Made by a program: the position numbers and the translations under genes. Source: Patescibacteria group bacterium (lineage in GTDB: Bacteria > Patescibacteriota > UBA1384 > XYA2-FULL-43-10 > 1-14-0-10-43-13). From it: a DNA stretch of 64,000 bases. The number at the start of each line of letters is the position of its first letter. Within the stretch, counting starts at the first letter, position 1. The stretch covers positions 430,564 through 494,563 of the forward strand of contig JBAZNP010000001.1 of assembly GCA_041649155.1 (NCBI GenBank), in the 5' to 3' direction. Below, piece by piece: positions 1 through 9,970 of this stretch. Below the pieces are notes generated by a model, which did not search any database, was not told the origin of the DNA, and worked only from the letters and a program-made list of their open reading frames with translations.

Positions 1-1966
1 TCGAAAGGACTATATGGCCAGTAAGTGCGGCATGTACGGCCATCTCGGCCGTTTCTTTGTCCCTAATCTCCCCGATCATTATAATGTCAGGATCTTGTCT
101 GACTATGGAACGTAAGCCGGAAGCAAAAGTATAATTTATATCAGCATTAACCTGGCTCTGATTAATTCCTTGCATTCTATATTCAATAGGATCTTCCAGA
201 GTAACAATATTAACCCCTTCGCTGTATAATTTATCAATAAGAGCATACAGCGTAGTTGTTTTTCCTGATCCAGTTGGTCCTGTCACCAAGGTCATTCCAT
301 GGGATTTTTTAATACTCTCTTTGAGAACTTCCAGACCACTTCCTCTTACTCCAAGATCTTCTATGGACAAGATTCCGGTCATTTTGTCTAAAACTCTCAT
401 TACAATTTTTTCACCGTTTGCAACCGGCATTGTGGAAACACGAAAATCAATTTTTCTGTTTTCAAAATTTATTGTAAACCGGCCATCTTGCGGCAGCCTT
501 TGTTCGTCTATTTTTAAGTTTGAAAGAATTTTAATTCTTGAAACTACGGCAGGCTCAATATCTAAAGGCATTGAGATTTTTTTCTTTAGAACACCATCCA
601 GTCTAAATCTAACTTCTACTTCTTTTTCTGATGGCTCGATATGAATGTCTGAAGCTTTATCCCGTATTGCTCTTCGAAGCAGGGAAGTAACTATTCTTGA
701 TGCAGGTGCATTATCAGAGATGGATTCAATTAATTCAGATTTGCCTTCCTTCGCGTTCTCCGTTTTACTTTCTTGATCTGCGGTTTCAATGGCTTCCTCA
801 ACTTCTGTCTCAAGTCCGTTGTATTGATCGAGAACAAAATTAATGCCTTCTTCGGCTGCTAAGACTGGGATAATCGGGCCTGTTACCTGTTTTTTGACCA
901 GCTCTTTCGCTTCCAGATCCTGAGGGTCAACCATTGCAACGACAAGTCCTTTTTCATTTTCTTCAACGGGAACCAATTTATACTTTCTAGCCACTTTCTC
1001 AGGAATTTTTTGTAATATTTCCTTGTAAACTATTGTTTTTGAAAGATCCATAAATGATATGTTATCTTTGACTTTTGAAAAAGGGACTATTTCAACCGGT
1101 TCTTTATCCAGTTTTGTTTCTTCAATTTGTTTTTCAGGAGTGTATAGATTTGGTGTATTTTTAATTTCTGTTTTAATGCTATCAATTTTTCTTTCTCCGA
1201 CCGGTTTGTTTACTGGAATGGAACTTGATTCCTTCTGAAATATGCCGGAGTTTACCAGAGATATCTTGCCATCATCCTTCTTCTCCATATCGCTGTTTAT
1301 GGAATGCTCTTTGTGGTCGGTAGTGTCTATGTCTTGTCTTTTAAATATGCGTCCGAGAAATGAGTTGGCCCGTTTTTTATGTACTCTTATTGCATCTCCA
1401 AAAGTGGCCTCCTCTTTGCTTCCATCATGCATTAACTCTTCATAAATATTTACTGGAGGTTCGTTTGAAGCAGTTTTCTCTTCGATATTCGTATTATTTT
1501 TCGATATTTTAGTTGATATTTTATTTATCGGTATTTCGATCAGATTATCGTCTGACTCTGGTTTACTTTTATTTTTTTTCTGGGGTTCTTCCTGCGATTG
1601 CGGCAATATTGATTGGTAGACATTCTTATCGTTATTGATTTTATTTTTCTTTGCTCCATGCAGGGTTGCGTTCTCGACTACTCGCGAATTTTTTACCAGA
1701 TCCTTAATGTTCCCTGAAGGCATCCACTTGACTGCGTTTGTTGGAAGCATGACCATTTTTTTAGCTGCACCGAATTTGGGATGGAAGATCACTTTTGAGG
1801 GATAGTGAACGGTGTAAAAAGTGCCAAAATTTGAATAAACAATTTTTTCGCCTTTACTAAGAACGTCGCTTACTACAGCTCCAAAAGCGATTATCAAGTT
1901 CTCAGCTTGCTGCTGGTTTAAATTTGTTTGTTTTGCAATTTGCTTTGCTAAATCTTTTCTTGTCAT
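1..1966 (-). CDS. Type IV pilus / type II secretion assembly ATPase (PilB/GspE family), 3' end off-window. The N-terminus is an HU/IHF-like domain joined by a long low-complexity linker.
   Basis: Manual minus-strand translation from ATG at 1966 runs without a stop to position 1. Residues 1-90 read MTRKDLAKQIAKQ...GEKIVYSNFGTFYTV...LPTNAVKWMPSGNIKDLV (HU fold without the Arg-rich arms). A K/N/E/S-rich linker follows, then a T2SE_N-like region (ISFMDLSKTIVYKEIL...VARKYKLVPV, LVVAMVDPQDL) and Walker A LVTGPTGSGKTTTLYA (around 255-293 rc). Not in the ORF track because the ORF is open at the window edge. Confidence 0.7.
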   Translation of the reverse strand, partial: MTRKDLAKQIAKQTNLNQQQAENLIIAFGAVVSDVLSKGEKIVYSNFGTFYTVHYPSKVIFHPKFGAAKKMVMLPTNAVKWMPSGNIKDLVKNSRVVENATLHGAKKNKINNDKNVYQSILPQSQEEPQKKNKSKPESDDNLIEIPINKISTKISKNNTNIEEKTASNEPPVNIYEELMHDGSKEEATFGDAIRVHKKRANSFLGRIFKRQDIDTTDHKEHSINSDMEKKDDGKISLVNSGIFQKESSSIPVNKPVGERKIDSIKTEIKNTPNLYTPEKQIEETKLDKEPVEIVPFSKVKDNISFMDLSKTIVYKEILQKIPEKVARKYKLVPVEENEKGLVVAMVDPQDLEAKELVKKQVTGPIIPVLAAEEGINFVLDQYNGLETEVEEAIETADQESKTENAKEGKSELIESISDNAPASRIVTSLLRRAIRDKASDIHIEPSEKEVEVRFRLDGVLKKKISMPLDIEPAVVSRIKILSNLKIDEQRLPQDGRFTINFENRKIDFRVSTMPVANGEKIVMRVLDKMTGILSIEDLGVRGSGLEVLKESIKKSHGMTLVTGPTGSGKTTTLYALIDKLYSEGVNIVTLEDPIEYRMQGINQSQVNADINYTFASGLRSIVRQDPDIIMIGEIRDKETAEMAVHAALTGHIVLS

Positions 1967-2152
1967 AAAAATAACAGATTACTAATTATACAGATAATAC
2001 GAATCGGACGAGGTTGTTAATTGGGGCGATTGTATGATTATAAAAAGAACCACAAGAGAAAGTTCTGTGGCCGCCTCCTCCTTTTTAATTTTAACATTCG
2101 TTACGGTTTTAAACAATAGTTTTATACCGAAAAAAGCGGAAATATAGGCTAG

Positions 2153-2244
2153 TTGTCAGTAAATCAGTAATAGCTATTAGAAGTGACTAGCGACAACCTG
2201 CCTGCCGGCAGGCTTATTTACTTTACAACTGACAACTGTTTACA
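2153..2244. repeat. MITE-like element with terminal inverted repeats AGTTGTCAGT...ACTGACAACT. It contains a GCCTGCCGGCAGGC palindrome.
   Basis: The TIRs are seen directly. The internal segment GTAAATCAGTAATAGCTATTAGAAGTGACTAGCGACAAC recurs near 21400-21430 and 22323-22360. Confidence 0.6.
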
Positions 2245-2471
2245 ACCTTGTGGACTACTTTAGGGACAATTTTTTACTTGCAGGTTGGGACTGGATAAAG
2301 TTACTACAGTTCCCGAGTTATATGGCTAAGGGATATAATAACTTTGTATTAAAAGATACAAGTTACAAGAAACAATAACCAAATAAGCTTCAATATTCAA
2401 AAAAAACAATTTCCAAATATGTTTGTATCTTGTCGCTTGTCTCTTGAGATTTGTAAAATGGAATTTTACCC

Positions 2472-4094
2472 ATGGCTTTTTATCAAAAATATAGATCAAA
2501 GACATTTTCTGACCTAATCGGGCAAGACCAGATCAGGGATACTTTGATTGAGGCGATAAAGAGCGATAAACTGTCTCATGCTTATCTTTTAACTGGTCCT
2601 AGAGGGACAGGAAAAACATCAACTGCCCGTTTGCTGGCTAAAGCGGCGAATTGTTTAACCCTGTCTGAACTAAAAAAAGCAGGGAAGGAAATTTCAGGAG
2701 AACCCTGCAATACTTGTGATGCCTGTCTGGAAATAGGCCAAGGCAGATCGATCGATGTTATTGAAATAGATGCTGCTTCACATACAGGAGTGGACGAAAT
2801 CAGAGAGCTGATTGAAAAAGCTCAATTTGCTCCAAATAAGTCGAGCAAGAAAATTTATATCATCGATGAAGTTCACATGTTATCCAAAAGTGCCTTCAAC
2901 GCACTTTTAAAGACTCTCGAAGAACCGCCAAAACATGTTGTTTTTATTCTGGCAACCACCGAGGTTCATAAATTGCCGGCTACTATTTTGTCCCGAGTTC
3001 AACGCTATGATTTTCGCCGGGTTTCAAAGGATGATATTATTAAAAATTTAACCAAAATTGTTGAGGCTGAGAAGTTCGATATAGATAAAGGTTCTTTAGA
3101 ATTAATCGCTGCAAATGCTGAGGGCGGTCATCGTGATGCGATTGTTCTCCTGGAGAAAATTTCTTCTTTGGGGAAAAAGATAGACAGAGCCTCAGTTGAG
3201 AACATGTTAGGTATTGCGGATAGGGAATTTATATATGGGTTTCTGGGGGCGATTTTTGATAACAATCCGGAGGAGGGATTAAAAATCGCCCATCGTCTTT
3301 ATGATGAAGGGCTGGAAATGGTTCAGTTTAATAAAGACGTCATCGAAGTACTTCGAAAAATGTTGCTGTTGAAAGAGTCCGGTCAGGTATTGTTTGAAGA
3401 TACTGCCGAGAACGTTGCGTCAATAAAAGACCTGAGCGAAAAAGCATCTGGCGACCGGATATTGAAAATTGTAGAGATATTTTTAAAGTCAGGGAATTTA
3501 CTAAAAGATATTGCTTATCCGATTTTGCCGGTTGAGATGGCGGTCATTGAAAGTTCTGCAGAACTTTCAATTCAGAATCAAGAAGCTCGAATTATGAATC
3601 ATGAATTTAAGGCGACGGTGGAAGATGATAAAAAGTCTGTAACTCAGGAAGAAAAAAAGAGTTTAAATGGCGAATCAATAAAGGGTAAAGAAAATCAGCA
3701 AACTAAGGACAAGGAGCAAGTCCATGATTCAAAATTCAAAATTCAAAATTCTGAAAAAGATACTGTCCCTGTGGTTGTGCTTCAAATGACCGACGATGTT
3801 TGGGCGAAAGCAATGAGTGAAATTAAGCGGGCGAATGCTTCTCTGGCTGCTTTGATGCGCGATACAAAACTATTGGAGTATACTAAGGGCAAACTGATTT
3901 TGGGAGTAAAATTTAAATTTCATAAAGACAAGATTTCATCTCCTGAAAATGCTAAAATTTTAGAAAAAATATTTTATGACATAACCGGTGAAAATTGTGT
4001 AGTTGTTTGCAAGTTGATTGAATCGAAACCAAGAGAAAACAAAATAACTGACAGCAAGGAGCTGCAGAAAGCAGCCGAAGAAATATTTTCATAA
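2472..4094 (+). CDS. dnaX: DNA polymerase III subunit gamma/tau
   Basis: N-terminal clamp-loader AAA+ motifs (LLTGPRGTGKTS, DEVHMLS, SRVQRY). There is an in-frame AAATTC-heptamer insertion at 3726-3752 (HDSKFKIQNSEKD). Confidence 0.85.
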   Translation: MAFYQKYRSKTFSDLIGQDQIRDTLIEAIKSDKLSHAYLLTGPRGTGKTSTARLLAKAANCLTLSELKKAGKEISGEPCNTCDACLEIGQGRSIDVIEIDAASHTGVDEIRELIEKAQFAPNKSSKKIYIIDEVHMLSKSAFNALLKTLEEPPKHVVFILATTEVHKLPATILSRVQRYDFRRVSKDDIIKNLTKIVEAEKFDIDKGSLELIAANAEGGHRDAIVLLEKISSLGKKIDRASVENMLGIADREFIYGFLGAIFDNNPEEGLKIAHRLYDEGLEMVQFNKDVIEVLRKMLLLKESGQVLFEDTAENVASIKDLSEKASGDRILKIVEIFLKSGNLLKDIAYPILPVEMAVIESSAELSIQNQEARIMNHEFKATVEDDKKSVTQEEKKSLNGESIKGKENQQTKDKEQVHDSKFKIQNSEKDTVPVVVLQMTDDVWAKAMSEIKRANASLAALMRDTKLLEYTKGKLILGVKFKFHKDKISSPENAKILEKIFYDITGENCVVVCKLIESKPRENKITDSKELQKAAEEIFS

Positions 4095-4190
4095 AGATAC
4101 AAGACACAAGGAACAATAACCAAACAATATTCAATAAACAAACACCAAATGCTCAAATGTTTGAATATTATTCAATTGGTTATTTGATAT

Positions 4191-5660
4191 TTGTTTGTAT
4201 CTTGTAACTTGTTTCTTGGGATTTATCACGGAGGTGTAGTGGCAAGAGAAAATAACGAAAATTCGAATAGAACAAATGATCGCAAGAGGAAAGTCGTAAT
4301 TCCTTCCGGCGTTCGTATGCCTCCTCAAAATGTTAATGCTGAGAGAAGTGTTTTGGGCTCGATTTTACTTGACAAGGACGCAATAATAAAAATTATTGAT
4401 ATTGTTACGCCTGAAGATTTTTATGAGGATCGAAACGGTATTATTTATGATGCAATGATTAGCTTATTTGACAAGCGCCAACCGATCGATATCGTCACAA
4501 TCTCAGAGATCTTGGAGGCTTGCGGAAAGATTAAAGAGGTGGGCGGGTCAAGCTATCTGGCTGAAATTGTGAATGATACACCTTCCGCTTCAAACATTGT
4601 TCACTATGCTCAGATTTGCCGTGAGAAAGCGGTTTTGCGCCGACTGATTAATGCTGCCGGAAATATTACAGAATTGGGATATGATGAAGACGCCGAACTT
4701 TCCGAAACTCTTGATAAGGCGGAACAATCATTATTTGCTGTTTCGCAAAAATTTCTTAAGAATAAATTTATTTCAATTCAGGATGTTCTGACAGAGGCCT
4801 TTGACAGAATCGACAAGATCCACAAGGACAAAGACAAAGGTGCGCTTCGGGGTGTGCCAAGCGGTTTCCGCGATCTTGACAATGTCACGGCCGGTTTTCA
4901 AAATTCCGATTTAATTATATTGGCAGCCCGACCTTCAATGGGTAAAACTTCTTTTGCTCTGAATCTGGCTGAGAATGCAGCTATTGATGAAAAAATTCCA
5001 GTTGGAATATTCTCTTTGGAAATGAGCAAAGACCAGTTGATCGACCGTCTTTTGTCGTCTCAGGCTGCGGTTGATTCATGGAAATTGCGAACAGGGAACC
5101 TTACTGACGATGATTTTCCAAAAATTGGTTACGCTATGGGCGTTCTTTCTGAGGCACCGATTTTTATTGATGATTCGGCGGGTGGTAATATTATGGAAAT
5201 TAGAGCGAAAGCGAGAAGATTGCAAATGGAGCATGGACTAGGCCTTATTATCATTGATTATCTGCAGTTAATGGAAGGACGCTCGAAAAGCGGAGATGGA
5301 AATCGTGTTCAAGAGATATCGGAAATTTCTCGATCATTAAAAGGCTTGGCTCGCGAATTAAATGTTCCGATAATCGCTTTATCCCAGCTCTCCCGTGCGG
5401 TTGAGCACAGAGACAACAAACGGCCTCAGCTTTCAGACTTGAGAGAGAGTGGTTCGATCGAGCAGGATGCCGACGTTGTTATGTTTTTATATCGTGACGA
5501 GTACTACAACCCCGATACTGAAAACAAGGGGATTACGGAAGTTTTGATCAAGAAGCACAGAAACGGTCCGATCGGTCATGCTGATTTGTTCTTTAATCCA
5601 GGGCAGATGCGCTTTTCTGATTTGGAAAAAAACAGAGTTTCAAGCAATAACGAGGATTAG
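4191..5660 (+). CDS. dnaB: Replicative DNA helicase DnaB. The true start is probably the ATG near 4313 (MPPQNVNAERSVLGSILL).
   Basis: DnaB N-terminal motif ERSVLGSILLD, Walker A ARPSMGKTSFALN, IIDYLQLM, SQLSR, and C-terminal ESGSIEQDADVVMFLYRDEYY. Confidence 0.85.
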   Translation: MFVSCNLFLGIYHGGVVARENNENSNRTNDRKRKVVIPSGVRMPPQNVNAERSVLGSILLDKDAIIKIIDIVTPEDFYEDRNGIIYDAMISLFDKRQPIDIVTISEILEACGKIKEVGGSSYLAEIVNDTPSASNIVHYAQICREKAVLRRLINAAGNITELGYDEDAELSETLDKAEQSLFAVSQKFLKNKFISIQDVLTEAFDRIDKIHKDKDKGALRGVPSGFRDLDNVTAGFQNSDLIILAARPSMGKTSFALNLAENAAIDEKIPVGIFSLEMSKDQLIDRLLSSQAAVDSWKLRTGNLTDDDFPKIGYAMGVLSEAPIFIDDSAGGNIMEIRAKARRLQMEHGLGLIIIDYLQLMEGRSKSGDGNRVQEISEISRSLKGLARELNVPIIALSQLSRAVEHRDNKRPQLSDLRESGSIEQDADVVMFLYRDEYYNPDTENKGITEVLIKKHRNGPIGHADLFFNPGQMRFSDLEKNRVSSNNED

Positions 5661-5756
5661 GCAAGTTGTCAGTATTAACTTCAAATCATGACAAAATAAA
5701 AAAACATCCCCGCACCAGATTTCGGTGGGGGATATTGATCTAGCTGCTATTAACAG

Positions 5757-6008
5757 CTAGTTTATGGCTTCGATTGGAATAAATCCCAATCTAGCAGCTT
5801 TTCGCAGAGCTTGTATCCGGTTGGAAGCCTTAAGCTTGTTGTATGCATTGGCTAAATGATAGTCAATCGTTCGTTTACTGCAGACTAATATATCCGCAGC
5901 TTCTCGGGACGAAACTCCCTGAGAGATTGTAAGTAGAACTTCGGTTTCTCTCGCCGTCAGAACAACGGTTCTTGATGGTTCCTGTTCTGTGCTGATTGGC
6001 ATCACCAT
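5757..6008 (-). CDS. Stand-alone LuxR/FixJ-type HTH transcriptional regulator (83 aa)
   Basis: LTARETEVLLTISQGVSSREAADILVCSKRTIDYHLANAYNKL matches the LuxR-type HTH signature. A GGAGGA SD lies upstream on the minus strand. A hairpin plus T-run terminator sits at 5700-5740 on the minus strand. Confidence 0.6.
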   Translation of the reverse strand: MVMPISTEQEPSRTVVLTARETEVLLTISQGVSSREAADILVCSKRTIDYHLANAYNKLKASNRIQALRKAARLGFIPIEAIN

Positions 6009-6192
6009 TCTTTCTTGATCCTCCCCATCCTTGTTTTGTCGCTAAAAAACAGCTAACGGTTACATATTCTACAGATAAATCATCAAAATGTCAATGGTTT
6101 AAAAAATGTTAATCTCATCTATTAAATTTATTTTTTATTGTTTTCTGGACTATATATTTTATTATTATATCACTATATTGAGCGTTTAACCC

Positions 6193-6221
6193 TTGACAAA
6201 CTGTGGCTAAAGAGATACAAT
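6193..6221 (+). promoter_or_regulatory. Sigma70-like promoter: TTGACA, 17-nt spacer, TACAAT
   Basis: TTGACA at 6193-6198 and TACAAT at 6216-6221 with a 17-nt spacer, seen directly. Confidence 0.5.
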
Positions 6222-6227
6222 GATTTA

Positions 6228-6312
6228 ATCACTTTAAAAACTGAATATCATTGCTGAGGGGCGATGAAATGGATACTAAATTAGAACGCGCCTCTCAAAA
6301 AAGGCGCTTTTT
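6228..6312 (+). ncRNA. Candidate small RNA (~85 nt) between a canonical promoter and an intrinsic terminator
   Basis: Predicted TSS near 6228. Terminator GCGCCT-CTCAAAAA-AGGCGC plus TTTTT at 6288-6312. Only a 6-codon ORF (MKWILN) lies inside. The region sits in a 780-bp intergenic stretch divergent from the LuxR gene. Confidence 0.3.
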
Positions 6313-6676
6313 GTTAAAATATGGCTAGAGCGAGATGGGATTTTGAAAGGTTCACCCCTGCCTTTCTAGAAGGAAGATAATAAAATCGATAAAATAAGTG
6401 ATTGCATTATCTTCCTCCCAGCTCGTTCTTGCCAAACAGGCAAGAAAGCAAGTTTTCTCTAAAAGGAAAACAAAAACCAAAAACTGATACGCAAAAAAGT
6501 AAGAGGAAATCAAAAAGTTATCTTTTGCTAAATATTAAATTTAGTAAGGGATGCCACAAAACGATTAGTGTCGCTTTGCGACCCCTCTTACGGGCGTAAA
6601 TTAATGTGACCGGGCAATAATTAAAATAATAATTCCCGATTAGTTCACAAATTGATTTACGCTCCATCAAAAAAAT

Positions 6677-6700
6677 CCGATATTACGATCGGGTTTTTTT
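6677..6700. terminator. Bidirectional intrinsic terminator (CCGAT-ATTACG-ATCGG flanked by an A-run and a T-run)
   Basis: Hairpin with AAAAAAA upstream and TTTTTTT downstream, seen directly. Confidence 0.5.
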
Positions 6701-6785
6701 GTGTCACTTGTCCACTTTTTTGTTTTTGGTTGGTTTGGTATGATAATAAAAATGCCAAAATTTTGCGGGTGAGGGAGGCAGTAAA

Positions 6786-7004
6786 ATGATTGATTGGAAC
6801 AATGAAGCAAGCAGAATTATTGACCAAATCCGTGGTTTTTCAAGAAGAGGTATTTTGTCCGGAGACCAAAGAAGAGAGGTGCAAAAACTCTTTTCGGAAC
6901 TTGTAGTTCTGACAGGGTGCCAAGATATGGCAATGAGTTATTGCAAAGCATGCATGACACCGCATCTTCGCAATATTATCGCGAGCACAGATGCCGCAGC
7001 CTAA
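6786..7004 (+). CDS. Small hypothetical protein (72 aa)
   Basis: Strong SD GAGGGAGG 6 nt upstream of the ATG. A hairpin plus T-run follows the stop (about 7060-7110). Confidence 0.4.
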   Translation: MIDWNNEASRIIDQIRGFSRRGILSGDQRREVQKLFSELVVLTGCQDMAMSYCKACMTPHLRNIIASTDAAA

Positions 7005-7174
7005 GCGGTACATATCCACGCCTTAGTGCGTACTCCCCGAGGGACACTCAGTTCCGAGGGATTCCTTTTTTCAAAAAACCCTAGGCGCAAGACTGAATAG
7101 GTCTTTTTTATTTTGACTTTATTAAGAAGTGTCTGATACTCTAAAATTAGAATAAGATAGCTAGGAGGATCCTC

Positions 7175-7579
7175 ATGGCAGGAGAATGGTTATTTCCGGA
7201 AATGGAAAATTCAGTAGAGCCTGTTCCTGAAGTCGGGGGAAAACCAAAGAGTGATCCTTGGCTTGAGGAGTTTTACAAAGAGGCTGAAAAGAAGGGGACA
7301 GTTATTGCAATTGAGGAATTCTCTTCGATTGCTTTAACTGAAGACGATCATTTATTCTTGCATGAAGCTGAAGACGAGAAGCTTAAACTCAGAGCTAGTG
7401 CAAAGATTGCTAACCCGACTACTTCAGAAGAGCGAGAAAGATTATCTTTGGTATTGGATTTAATCGAGAAAACCACCTTGCCATATGCTCTAAATTGGAT
7501 AAAAAAAGAGTGCGATGCAATGTTCGTTCCGACAAACGAAGATGAGAGTCCATATCAAAGCCGAGAGCGGGCGGCATAG
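7175..7579 (+). CDS. Hypothetical acidic protein (134 aa)
   Basis: Canonical SD AGGAGG upstream of the ATG. No recognisable family. Confidence 0.45.
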   Translation: MAGEWLFPEMENSVEPVPEVGGKPKSDPWLEEFYKEAEKKGTVIAIEEFSSIALTEDDHLFLHEAEDEKLKLRASAKIANPTTSEERERLSLVLDLIEKTTLPYALNWIKKECDAMFVPTNEDESPYQSRERAA

Positions 7580-7699
7580 TCATTGCCTTAAGGGGCTTTT
7601 GGGCCAGACTGTTATATTTGTAGCAGGCTGGTCATTCTTTTTTTTAGTTGGTAAAATGGCTTAGTTAGTATTAAGTATCAAGTATTAAGTATCAAGCAC

Positions 7700-9706
7700 A
7701 TGGCAACGGAATTATTAGACAATTTGAATAAGAAGCAACAGGAAGCGGTTTTGGCGACAGAGGGTCCGGTTTTAATATTGGCTGGAGCTGGAAGTGGAAA
7801 GACAAAGACTCTGACTCATCGGATCGCTTATCTTATTGAGGAGAAACAGGTTTCGCCCTTTAATATTTTAGCTGTTACTTTTACTAATAAAGCAGCTGGA
7901 GAAATGGCCGATAGGATCGGCCATTTGTTGGGAGCAGGGAGCAGGGAGAATGGAGAGAACTCCAAGCTACCCTGGATGGGCACATTTCACTCAATTTGTG
8001 TAAAGGTCTTGCGAAGGGAAGCACATGTTTTGGGGTATGAGCGTAGTTTTACAATTTACGATTCTGGAGACCAGCTTTCGGTTATTAAAAGAATAATGAG
8101 AGATTTAAATATCGATCCGAAGAACTTTTCTCCAAAGTCGGTTCAATATTTTATATCTGGTGCGAAAAATGAACTTTTAACTGCGAAAGATTATAAGAAA
8201 TATGTTAATTCGCCCTTCGAGAATGTAACCTCGAGAGTTTATGAAAAATATGAAGCCTATTTGAGAGAAGCTAACGGCATGGACTTTGACGATCTTTTAA
8301 TGCAATGCGTATTTTTGTTTCAGCAAAATCTCGAAGTTCTCAGAAAATATCAAAATCAGTTTAAATATATTTTGGTTGATGAGTATCAGGACACAAACCA
8401 AGCTCAATACATCTGGACTAAGCTTCTGGCAGAAAAGCACAAAAACATTATGGTGGTTGGCGATGATTATCAAGCAATTTATGGCTGGCGGGGGGCAAAT
8501 TTTAAAAATATTTTAAATTTTGAAAAAGACTACAAAAATACTAAAATAATTAAACTTGAGCAAAACTATCGTTCCACAAAGACAATTTTAGCTGCGGCAG
8601 ACGAGGTAATTAAGTATAATAAGCTCCGAACCGACAAAAGTTTATGGACGGAAAATCCTAATGGTTTGCCAATCACAGTTTATGAGGCGTTGAATGAGAA
8701 AGATGAAGCGGAGTTTGTATGTTTAGAGGTCCGATCGCTGGCAAAGAGATATTTTTCGAGTGGAGCGAGAAGTTCTCAGCCTTCGGCTTCGAACAATATT
8801 TATAGTAATTTCTGCGTATTATATCGAACCAATGCTCAATCGCGAGCGGTTGAGGAAGCGATGCTTCGATTTGATATTCCTTATCGGGTTGTGGGCGGCG
8901 TACGTTTTTACGAAAGAAAAGAAATTAAAGATATAATTTCTTATTTACGTTTAGTAGTTAACCCAATGGACTTTGAGGCATTTAATCGGGCGGCTACATG
9001 TATATCGAGAGGTCTAGGAGAGAAAACATTGGCGCAAATAAGGGAAATTTCTAAATCCGAATTTCTAAATCCAAATCAAATTAAAAATCCTAAAATTTCA
9101 AAAAAACTTATTGATTTCATAATTTTAATATCAGAGATGAGACACCAGGCAGAGGATATGAGGCTTGATGATTTGATCGAACATATTTCCATAAAAACCG
9201 GTTATAAAAAACTTCTGCTTGACGGCACGCCGGAAGGGGAAGGAAGATGGGAAAATATACAGGAATTGATGACTGTAGCGTCACAGTTTGTCATTCCCGA
9301 TTTGATCGGGAATACAGATCTGGATCCTCGGGTCGAGCCCGAGAATGACAGCTCAAATAGTCTTGAGCGGTTTTTGGAACAGGTGGCACTTGTTCAAGAT
9401 ACGGACTCATTGAACAAAGGCACTGATGCAGTAACTCTTATGACCTTGCATTCTGCTAAGGGATTGGAATTTAAAACTGTTTTTATTGTTGGCGCGGAAG
9501 AAGGGATTTTCCCGCACTCAAGATCGTTAATTGACGAAAGTGAAATGGAAGAGGAAAGGCGTCTTGCCTACGTTGGCATCACCAGAGCAAGAGAGCGTTT
9601 GTACTTGATTTACGCCGAAGAGCGCAACATTTACGGCCGCTTTCAATCTAATCCTAAGTCAAGATTTATTGAGAACATCCCTGAAGAGTTGATTGATGAA
9701 TTGTAA
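7700..9706 (+). CDS. ATP-dependent DNA helicase UvrD/PcrA family
   Basis: Motifs AGAGSGKT, FTNKAAGEM, VDEYQDTN, LEQNYRST, VTLMTLHSAKGLEF and VGITRARERL. An in-frame low-complexity insertion lies at 9046-9110 (SKSEFLNPNQIKNPKISKK). Confidence 0.85.
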   Translation: MATELLDNLNKKQQEAVLATEGPVLILAGAGSGKTKTLTHRIAYLIEEKQVSPFNILAVTFTNKAAGEMADRIGHLLGAGSRENGENSKLPWMGTFHSICVKVLRREAHVLGYERSFTIYDSGDQLSVIKRIMRDLNIDPKNFSPKSVQYFISGAKNELLTAKDYKKYVNSPFENVTSRVYEKYEAYLREANGMDFDDLLMQCVFLFQQNLEVLRKYQNQFKYILVDEYQDTNQAQYIWTKLLAEKHKNIMVVGDDYQAIYGWRGANFKNILNFEKDYKNTKIIKLEQNYRSTKTILAAADEVIKYNKLRTDKSLWTENPNGLPITVYEALNEKDEAEFVCLEVRSLAKRYFSSGARSSQPSASNNIYSNFCVLYRTNAQSRAVEEAMLRFDIPYRVVGGVRFYERKEIKDIISYLRLVVNPMDFEAFNRAATCISRGLGEKTLAQIREISKSEFLNPNQIKNPKISKKLIDFIILISEMRHQAEDMRLDDLIEHISIKTGYKKLLLDGTPEGEGRWENIQELMTVASQFVIPDLIGNTDLDPRVEPENDSSNSLERFLEQVALVQDTDSLNKGTDAVTLMTLHSAKGLEFKTVFIVGAEEGIFPHSRSLIDESEMEEERRLAYVGITRARERLYLIYAEERNIYGRFQSNPKSRFIENIPEELIDEL

Positions 9707-9970
9707 ACAATAAATTCAGATATATAATCTCTGTTTGACAAAATCCGGTCTGATGGACTATCTTGATGTTATCAATCCAAGAGGTGTAGAGATGAGAGTG
9801 ATTTCTAGTTTCTTTTGGTTAGTTGTGGGGGCGATTCTTTTTCTTTGCTCTCGAGAGTATCGAGAGGTGTTCAGTGACGAAGCTTGTAATGGTTAGCTGT
9901 GGCTGGCTGGGCGATTTTTGTCCGGCCTTTTTTTATTTCCAACATTGACTATCGGTTTTTATCGGGTAAA

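Noticed and set aside
321-1445. Plus-strand ORFs 321-644 and 1242-1445 from the six-frame track
   Set aside because: They lie antisense inside the long minus-strand PilB/GspE ORF, which has clear Walker A and T2SE_N motifs. There is no SD and the sequences are low-complexity, so they are spurious.
4191-4312. N-terminal 40 codons of the track's DnaB ORF and similar 5' extensions (17223, 43672, 47493, 48875, 57397, 60672)
   Set aside because: These extensions read through repeat elements or lack SDs. Internal Met codons preceded by SD-like sequence and aligned with family N-termini are better starts.
6402-6599. 65-aa K-rich ORF in the long intergenic region
   Set aside because: No SD, extreme Lys/Ser bias from AT-rich DNA, and it overlaps the candidate sRNA/terminator region. 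Likely non-coding.
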